Below are positions 56,385 to 64,000 of a stretch of 64,000 nt of DNA, piece by piece; position 1 is the stretch's first letter, and every line of letters starts with the position of its first letter. The DNA lies in NCBI GenBank assembly GCA_900088475.1, contig FLMG01002136.1, forward strand, positions 1-64,000. Direction: 5' to 3'. The translations under genes were made by a program, and so were the position numbers. Below the pieces are notes generated by a model. It did not search any database. It was not told where the DNA came from and saw nothing but the letters and a program-made list of their open reading frames with translations. This DNA comes from Hyphochytrium catenoides (Eukaryota; Protista; Hyphochytriomycota).

Positions 56385-57897
56385 TGCTTCACGGAGAGAG
56401 GTAGACGAGGTTCGATTGATAGGTATGCACTGCTTGCGCTGTCGCTGCCCAAGGTGTGCCGACTGAATGGTTACTCCCTGCCTCGTTCCAACGCTGATTG
56501 GAAAGACGTGGAGTGAGCGCCCAAGGTATGCTCTTCACGAGATCAGCAAGACTCTGCCTTGCACTTCCGAGACACCAAGAACGCCAGTCACCTTGTCATG
56601 CTAGGACATGACCAGCTCTGACCTCTCGAACGCGGGATGGATGATGATGGGAAGGAGGTGACCGAGGAGAGACAGCAGAGGTGCTTCGCATTGCTTCCAT
56701 CAAAAGTCCAATGATGACTATCCGTCCTTGACCTCTGAATCTCTCTCCAAGACTCTGACTGTCCTTCATCCACCCTCTACCTCAGGCCCTTTCACCACAG
56801 TACGATACACTATTTCTATCTCGTCACCTGCCATTATACATCTCTTCTCTTCTCTTACTCGTCGTGGCTCCGTACCTTTAGGGGCTTCCCCTCCTTGCCT
56901 AGACGGCGGTCGCACTAAAGCTAATTTCTTTGGGTAAAGCTAGGGAGATAGCCCCACAAGTGGCGGTAGGTCCTCAATATGCCCACACTTTGGGCGGATC
57001 AGTTCCGCTATTTACCCCCATGAAAATGCTTGGGCCATGTCCACCTAATCAACAGAGCGGCTCCGAGGGGAGGAGTGGCCAGCTCTGATGGACTTCAACT
57101 TGCGTTTTGGCGATTTGGTTCGAGATCGTGGGATTCTGAATACAATACTTAACCGCACATCTTTATCAAGAAGGAAAAGGTGAGGAATCAAGAATACAGC
57201 ATATGATGGTCATACATACAACAACAACGTTCTGCTACATGTAGACACCATGTCAAATGAATTTCCACTCTCAAGCCAAGGTTTGATCATCTATTGAAAG
57301 AAGACAACAACGCTATATCTCTAATATATTGCTTGGAAGGTCTTACTAACAGTAATTGAAGCTTCGAAAGACCAGGTCATTTCGAATACCGCTTCAATGT
57401 GAGTTTGAAGAATAAGATTAACTCCAGGATTAGCGGATGGGATGTTAATAGAGAGCGAAGTGATGGTGCTCTTGGTCTCTCAATGCTGTGAGCTGGAGAG
57501 CACAACCATCTCATTCAGTTCTAGGAGGTCATCATGCTTTAGCACTCACTGCTGCTCACTGCTTTCCTCTTGAGCCTTTCCTCACTTCCTCACGAGTCTG
57601 GCGACCAGCTCAGCTCATCAGCAGCGCGGTCACTTGGACATCTCCCTTCTTCCCTGCTCACTCCTAGAGTCCGCCGACGCCTACCGCCTCCAAGTCACGA
57701 GCCTCAGAGGTTCATTGTATACTAAACGGAAGGGTTCGTCGCTACTGGCTCTGGACGCACGGGAGCAAAGACGACTATACTTCTATTCCTTCCAGGGGCG
57801 ACCTAAAGGTTTCTCTTGAGATCTCAACTGGCACTGGCCTTTATACCCTGCAATCACTCCGTTATTAAGGGCCCTGAGCTCCATAACTGCAGCAGCA
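56385..57897. promoter_or_regulatory. Putative bidirectional promoter region shared by DBT and BCKDHB
   Basis: About 1.5 kb between two divergent ATGs with no convincing ORF. Promoter function is inferred from the geometry alone. Confidence 0.55.
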
Positions 57898-60068
57898 ATG
57901 GCTACCTGTCAGAGTAGGCATATAAGGCGGCGGCTCTTCTCGGGCTTAACCTCAAGGACATCAGAACTCAATTGTCAGCTCAGAAGAGGAGCTAAACTCC
58001 AAGTTATCAAGAGCAAAGTCGCTGGGTTTCACTCTACATGTTCTGCTTTAGCTTTAGAGAGACCTCGGCATCCATCTGCAGCTGATGTGCCTACAAATGT
58101 CCCAACTACGAGAATGAACATGTTCACAGCTATCAATGACGCAATGCGATGGGCCCTAAAGACGGACGAGACAGCAGTAAGTCCACCAGCTAGTATGGTT
58201 CCTCGTAGCGTTCATGATAATGGACTGAATTCTGATCTGACAGGTCATTTTTGGCGAGGATGTTGCCTTCGGTGGCGTATTTCGAACAACTGTGAACCTA
58301 AGAGAGGAGTTTGGAAAGGAGCGTGTCTTCAACAGCCCCCTCTGTGAACAGGTGATTAGCTCTCCTTACTTTTTGTGCCATATGCCCGCCTTTCTATGTT
58401 GGAGCTGACAGTCCAGCTATTTACAGGGCATTGCAGGGTTTGGGATAGGTTACGCTTCGATGGGTTACACTGCAATCGCGGAGATTCAGTTTGCAGACTA
58501 TATATTTCCAGCCTTCGACCAGGTATTGCACTATTTTCTTCCTCCTTTTCCCCGGGTTTAGCGTGCGCCTGAAGTTTTCCTCCTCTCCCCGTCGTGCCGT
58601 GGGCATATGTCACGTTCAACTCTAGATTGTGAATGAGGCTGCCAAGTTCAGATACCGATCAGGCGATGAGTTCAATTGTGGGAGTCTTACAATTCGAGCG
58701 CCCTATGGAGCTGTTGGTCATGGTGGCCATTATCATTCACAATCTCCTGAAGCATACTTTGCACATACACCTGGTTTGAAGGTGAGCAGATTGTGGAACC
58801 TAAAGTTATGCGCACTCTTAGTGGCAGCTGCTAGCCATGCGTGCGTTGTCTATTGTTCCTTCGCCGTTCAAACACCGCGTCAGCCTGGCCTCGTCTCAGC
58901 GGGGTCTACCGGTTGATAGTCCTATACGCACTGTGTCTTGGTTTCCTTTGCCTTCTTTGGCTTTCTGATATCAACTCATTAGGTTGTGATGCCTCGAAGT
59001 CCAACCCAAGCTAAAGGGCTTCTCCTGGCCGCGATCAGAGACCCAAATCCAGTGAGTCCAACCACATGATATAGATCTCAATAGCGCTTATGGGCAACCT
59101 TTTAACACTTGTGGATGAACCATAGGTCATTTTCTTTGAGCCTAAGGCACTCTATAGAGCGGCGGTAGAAGAAGTTCCAGAAGGCGACTTTACGTTACCT
59201 CTTTCTAAGGCGGAGGTCCTTCGCATCGGCTCGGATGTTACGGTAGTGGGCTATGGTGCTCAAATGAGGGTACTCGAGAAGGTATGACAAGCGGAAAAAG
59301 AGTCCATGGTCGTTAGGCCTGGAGGGATCAAAAGCGCGCGAAATAGCAGCGGGTAGATGGCTGGGGAGCTACTTGCGGATATACAGAGGAGAATGGTCTT
59401 CGAAACATCGGTTAGCAACCTCCAGGATTAACACCTTCTATTTTCATAGGCGTGTGATATGGCTGAGGATGTCGGCATTCGCTGCGAGCTTATTGATCTG
59501 AGAACAGTCATGCCCTGGGATGTGGAAACTGTGGAGGAATCAGTTAATAAGACAGGAAGACTTGTGGTTAGCCATGAGGCGCCGGTGAGTTGACAATCAA
59601 CGTGTGTCTCTTATGTGCCATACTCCTCGTCAATTTTGGATCCTTGCATTCTTTATTAAGTTCCTATTGCCATTATTCCTCTGCGGGAAGTGTCCAGCTT
59701 TACTTCCATTCAGCTAGCTTCGCCAAGGATCCGACACTAATTTTCTTGATCTGCCCCATCTCCTCTTGCGCCGGTGTGCTACTTGTCCTACGTTTATTCA
59801 ATCAGATCACTGGTGGCTTTGGAGCCGAGGTAGCTGCCACCATCCAGGAGCGGTGTTTCCTCCGACTCGAAGCTCCTATTCAGCGAGTTTGCGGCTGGGA
59901 CACGCCTTTCCCTCTGGTCTTTGAAAAGGTACCGTACATTCTGAGCATCAATCTTTCCTTGTCCCTAATGCTACTGCAAATGCTTGTAACTCTACCTCCT
60001 CGTGTCAGGTTTACGTGCCCGACGCTTTGAGAAATTTCGAAGCCATCAAGACTGCAGTAAACTTCTAA
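57898..60068 (+). CDS. BCKDHB: Branched-chain 2-oxoacid dehydrogenase E1 beta subunit, mitochondrial
   Basis: [149 protein letters not shown]. Confidence 0.97.
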
Positions 60069-61126
60069 GATAGCTACCGGGGCCATGCTAGTAGTATCCT
60101 GATGTTACTTATCTATTTAATGGGCAAAACCTAAGCCATACAGCTACCTTTGCTGCGTTGATTATCGCTATAAGAATACTCTTGACCCAAACAAAGTTAG
60201 AATTATCAAGAGTCAGTTTTCAGATATCATCCACTCTACAAGTTACCCGATGGACAAGTGTTGGCTTCGACAACGTTCTTGAGAGCACCATCAAGGGGCC
60301 AGAACAAGCAATCCGTCCCCTAGAATACGATGACATCCACTGCAAACAGTCCGCTCTCCCCTGAGCCGCGCCGCCATACAGCGAAGCATCTGACTGAGGA
60401 GCTACGCATCTCTGCTTGACTGGCAGGGAGTGGCATGGCCAAACAGTATTGTAGAGGCTGAAGAGCTGCACTATGTTTCTCGATGATGTGGAGCCAATAA
60501 CGAACTTTCGATTGGGTTTCTCTAGCACATCCCCCAGGAGTAATGGTAGAACTATTCTGAATCCCTCTCCACGGATCCTACAAGAAGGCTACAGGAAGGA
60601 TCGTTATTCATGATGCCAACATCCCTCCTCCAGCCATCAACCTCACTATTGTTGAGCTGCATCGCTGAGGGTTCGCAAACCCAGCAGCAGGAGGGAAGGC
60701 AGGCATGAGGACGAAGCAGAGAATGATGAAGAGAGACAGATGATGCCCGCAACGCTGATGATGACAGTGAGAGGGCGGAGGATGTAAGAAAGACAGAAGA
60801 AGGATTAGAGGCGGCAACAGAACTACTGGGGTTCAAGAGCAAGGGCACGAAGGATAGAGCAGCATTACACATAGAAGTGTCATAGCTGGAAGGTAGAGCA
60901 TCTTCCCAATCAAAGGTCAACGTAGCTCAGACAGGTGGCTGCGTTCTGCCGTTTACTTGTCGAGCTATTCCCTAGAGGGAAGGGTTCAAAGAGATCGCGT
61001 CCTCCCAAGGCCAGTCATAAGTGCGCTGTCTGCATTAGCTGGTGGCATTAATAGTAAACGGAGGCACTTACTCCCCAAGGATAGGTGGAACACAATTTAG
61101 CGGAAAATCTAGCTGCAGGACTTAGA

Positions 61127-64000
61127 ATGAACGCTAGACCGTCTGCGTCGCTCACCTTCCTGCTTAGGCTTGCCAGCCTGAGCCAAAAAAATGGTAGCGC
61201 AGCGCAGAAGCTGCCCGTCAGGAGCCTGATCTCTTCGTGGTGGGTGCCCAATTGGCACTGATTGGTGTTTTGGCACTGTGGCTTTCAAACCCTTTCTAAG
61301 CTCTCAAAGCTTCTCCCGACTATTATAGCATCCTTCCTCAGGTGGCTGCTCGCCTCTGCTTCATTCTACCTCCATCTGGGAGCTAATTTTAACTATCACC
61401 TCGCGCGCCCCTTATGAACATCAGTCATACCCTTGCTAGCCAAGTGCCAAGGGACGAGTCGACTCAGAAGACAGGGAAGACAGGAAGCCGTAGCTCTAGG
61501 CGATTGTTTCATTCCTCTTCCCGTCTAGAAAAACGCGACTACTATAGCGTACTAGGTGTGGGGCGCAATGCAGACGCATCAGAGATCAAGAAGAAGTACT
61601 TCGAACTGGCAAAAAAGCTCCACCCAGATACGAATAAGGACGACCCGGATGCAGCCAAAAAGTTTGGAGAGTTATCCGAGGCTTATGAGGTAACACAAGT
61701 ATAGGTCGGGCAGAGAGAGAGGGAAGATGCGTTATTAGGTGAGGGAAGTGGGATCGATGGTGCCGTTTTGGCTCTCTGTTTCACAGGGCAGAATTCTTAT
61801 CAGTCATGGCAGACGACAGAGAAGAGTCAACAACGCAGTCCCCTCGTCAGCGATTTCCTACTTTGTGGCTAACCAGTGAGCAATCTTAGGTTCTGGGGAA
61901 TAAAGAGAAGAGAGAGATGTATGATACCTATGGCCATGCTGGAGTCGATCCCAACTTTGCAGGAGGGGAAGGAGGTTCGACTATTGTTCTTATTCTGCCT
62001 TTGAAACTTCTTTTGTATATCGATCCGTTCGTCTATTGTCCTTGGCTTGCTTCGCGTCTCCTTGGACTCCCTCAGCACCTCTACTAACGAGGCCAAACTC
62101 TGTGACTCTACGCCCAAGCAGCCTTACTTCTTCCTGCTGGTCTATTTTGGGAAGCAGTACTCCTCTCTCGCTTAATCATNNNNNNNNNNNNNNGGGTGTC
62201 GCCCGAAGATATTTTTGAAGAATTTGCTGGCATGTTTGGCGGGGGCGGAGGTACTAGAAGACGCCGTCAGGGCCCACAGAGAGGCTCCGACGTACAGACC
62301 AGGTCCGTCCCATAACAGTTGGATGTGCCTGGAATGTGGGCCGGCGAGCGGAGGAGGAAAAAGGGAGAAAGTGGGGATCCGGAGAGACTTCGATTAGGCC
62401 AGACATCAGCGAAGGAATAGGCTGCAGAAGTTGATATTGGGACATGGAGTTAACCCTTGTACCGAGATAAGAGGAGGGACAAAACGGCTTAACGGGTTGT
62501 ACGTATGAGGTGAAGCAGAAAGCTTTGGAATGCGAAGTTTCAATGGTAGTGCTAAAAGAACTTTTCTTGGGCGGGGCGTAAGTTCAGTAGCCCAGCAAAG
62601 AGTGGACACTGTTGCAGAAACCATTTTGATCAGGGAATTTTTTATGAGGTTAAGTGCTGACGGTCCAGGACTTATTCTCTCACAATCTTGCCTGCAGTGT
62701 GCGCCTAACATTCATGGAGGCTGTGAAAGGGACTGTAAAGACTCTCAACTTGATGGGGAACGTGCCTTGTGACACATGTGATGGTAGCGGGGCCAAGCCA
62801 GGAACTAAGCCAACAACGTGCTCAAGATGTAAAGGGAGCGGCCAGGTATGTGATGATGATTCCATTGAATGTGTCCATTTCGTCATTCGGGGCCGCTCAT
62901 CAGATACGTTCGGCTTACCTCTTTTCTAGGAAATCCTGCAACAAGGTTTCTTCCAGATCGCACAAACTTGTCGAAAGTGTGGCGGGCTCGGATCCATCAT
63001 TGAGAACCCATGCGGCACCTGCAGAGGACAAGGAACAGTTAAAAAGTCAAGAAACGTGGAGGTTACTATTCCAGCAGGCAAGGCCGTCAGTCCTTAGACT
63101 CACTTCACGCTCTACTTACCTTCTGTCTTCGTACAGCTGCGTAGCTTACTTTTCAATCTGAGTTACCCTTTTTCTACTCATTTAAGCCGTCTTACGGGCC
63201 TGATTTACCTAGTTTTTCATAGGTCTCTTTCTTTGACAAGACCGGGTTTGAAATGTGCTAATATTTCTAGTTCCCTTCCAGGCGTTGATACCGGAGTCAA
63301 TCTCCGACTTGCAGGCCAGGGTGAACCGGGAACCAAGGGAGGTCCCGCGGGCCATCTCTATGTGGAGATAAAGGTAGAGACGGCAGTAAAGGATGGCGAC
63401 GGGCAGTGGGTTCATCACGCTAGTACCACCACTAAAATTGTTTTGACAAGCCGATGGTCAAAGGGGTGATAATGATACCTTTTTTCTAACGCAGGTCAGG
63501 GAGGATCCTTTCTTCCATCGCATTGGAGATGACGTGCACGTGGAGGTGCCCATCTCAATAGCCGCAGCTATTTTAGGAGACGTCGTGAACATTCCGACGT
63601 TGACTGGAGAAGCAGAGCTAAAGGTAGGGACGCTCTCACGCAAGAAGTCTAGTTTCTATTATCATGTTCCTACCATTCAACATATAGTCGTCCCGTCGTT
63701 CATCGACATAAGGTATCTTACCTATGGCTCACACCTTGCAATCTTCAATCCCTGCTCTATAGGTCCCGGCAGGTACTCAGCCTGACCAGCAGCTCATTAT
63801 GCGAGGGAAGGGTATCAAGCGGCTAAGTGGACCCGGCATGGGAAATCAATACGTGCACTTCAAGGTCCAGATCCCTAAGAAGCTTACTACGCGCCAGAAA
63901 GAGCTCATGGAAGAATTCCGGGAAGAGGAAAACAAACGAAGCGACAAGGATGATGTCTTCCATGCCTTCGGTAAGCCCACCATGTTTTGTCTCTTTCCAG
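61127..64000 (+). CDS. Type I DnaJ/Hsp40 chaperone, mitochondrial-type (Mdj1/DNAJA3-like), 3' end beyond the window
   Basis: J domain RDYYSVLGV...[11 protein letters not shown] (HPD motif), G/F-rich region, zinc-finger repeats [32 protein letters not shown], and C-terminal IPAGVDTG...GGPAGHLYV...IPTLTG...VPAGTQP. Basic/Ser-rich presequence; start inferred. Confidence 0.92.
62180..62193. other. Assembly gap (N run)
   Basis: Run of N within the DnaJ gene. Confidence 1.
63078..63281 (+). other. GC-AG intron in the DnaJ gene
   Basis: The conserved VTIPAG-VDTG junction is restored only by splicing cag|gcaagg ... ttccag|gc. Confidence 0.8.

Noticed and set aside
56385-57897. Possible tRNA, snRNA or snoRNA in the DBT-BCKDHB spacer
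   Set aside because: No convincing cloverleaf, A/B box or C/D box structure by eye; a covariance-model scan would be needed to exclude one.

Overview
Gene-dense, intron-rich eukaryotic nuclear DNA with roughly balanced GC content and GT-AG introns, plus at least one GC-AG intron. It is probably from a protist; a stramenopile-like, flagellated lineage is an inference from gene content (WDR47, oomycete-style RING protein) and is not proven. About 14 genes were reconstructed by hand from exon fragments: an intronless RING-H2 protein, an SRPK kinase, an mRNA capping enzyme (RNGTT) homologue, an LPAAT/LCLAT-type acyltransferase, NAA25, a GH35 beta-galactosidase, WDR47, an ELYS-domain nucleoporin, BCKDH E2 (DBT), BCKDH E1-beta, a mitochondrial-type DnaJ (runs off the window) and three hypothetical genes. 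Main findings: (1) the capping-enzyme homologue has an apparently intact spliced ORF, but the catalytic motifs of both domains are degenerate and the OB-fold is missing, so it is a candidate double pseudoenzyme; (2) the BCKDH E2 carries two tandem lipoyl domains and sits head-to-head with BCKDH E1-beta; (3) the SRPK spacer contains what looks like a folded inserted domain. Gene boundaries are manual and approximate. Three N-gaps interrupt NAA25, WDR47 and DnaJ.
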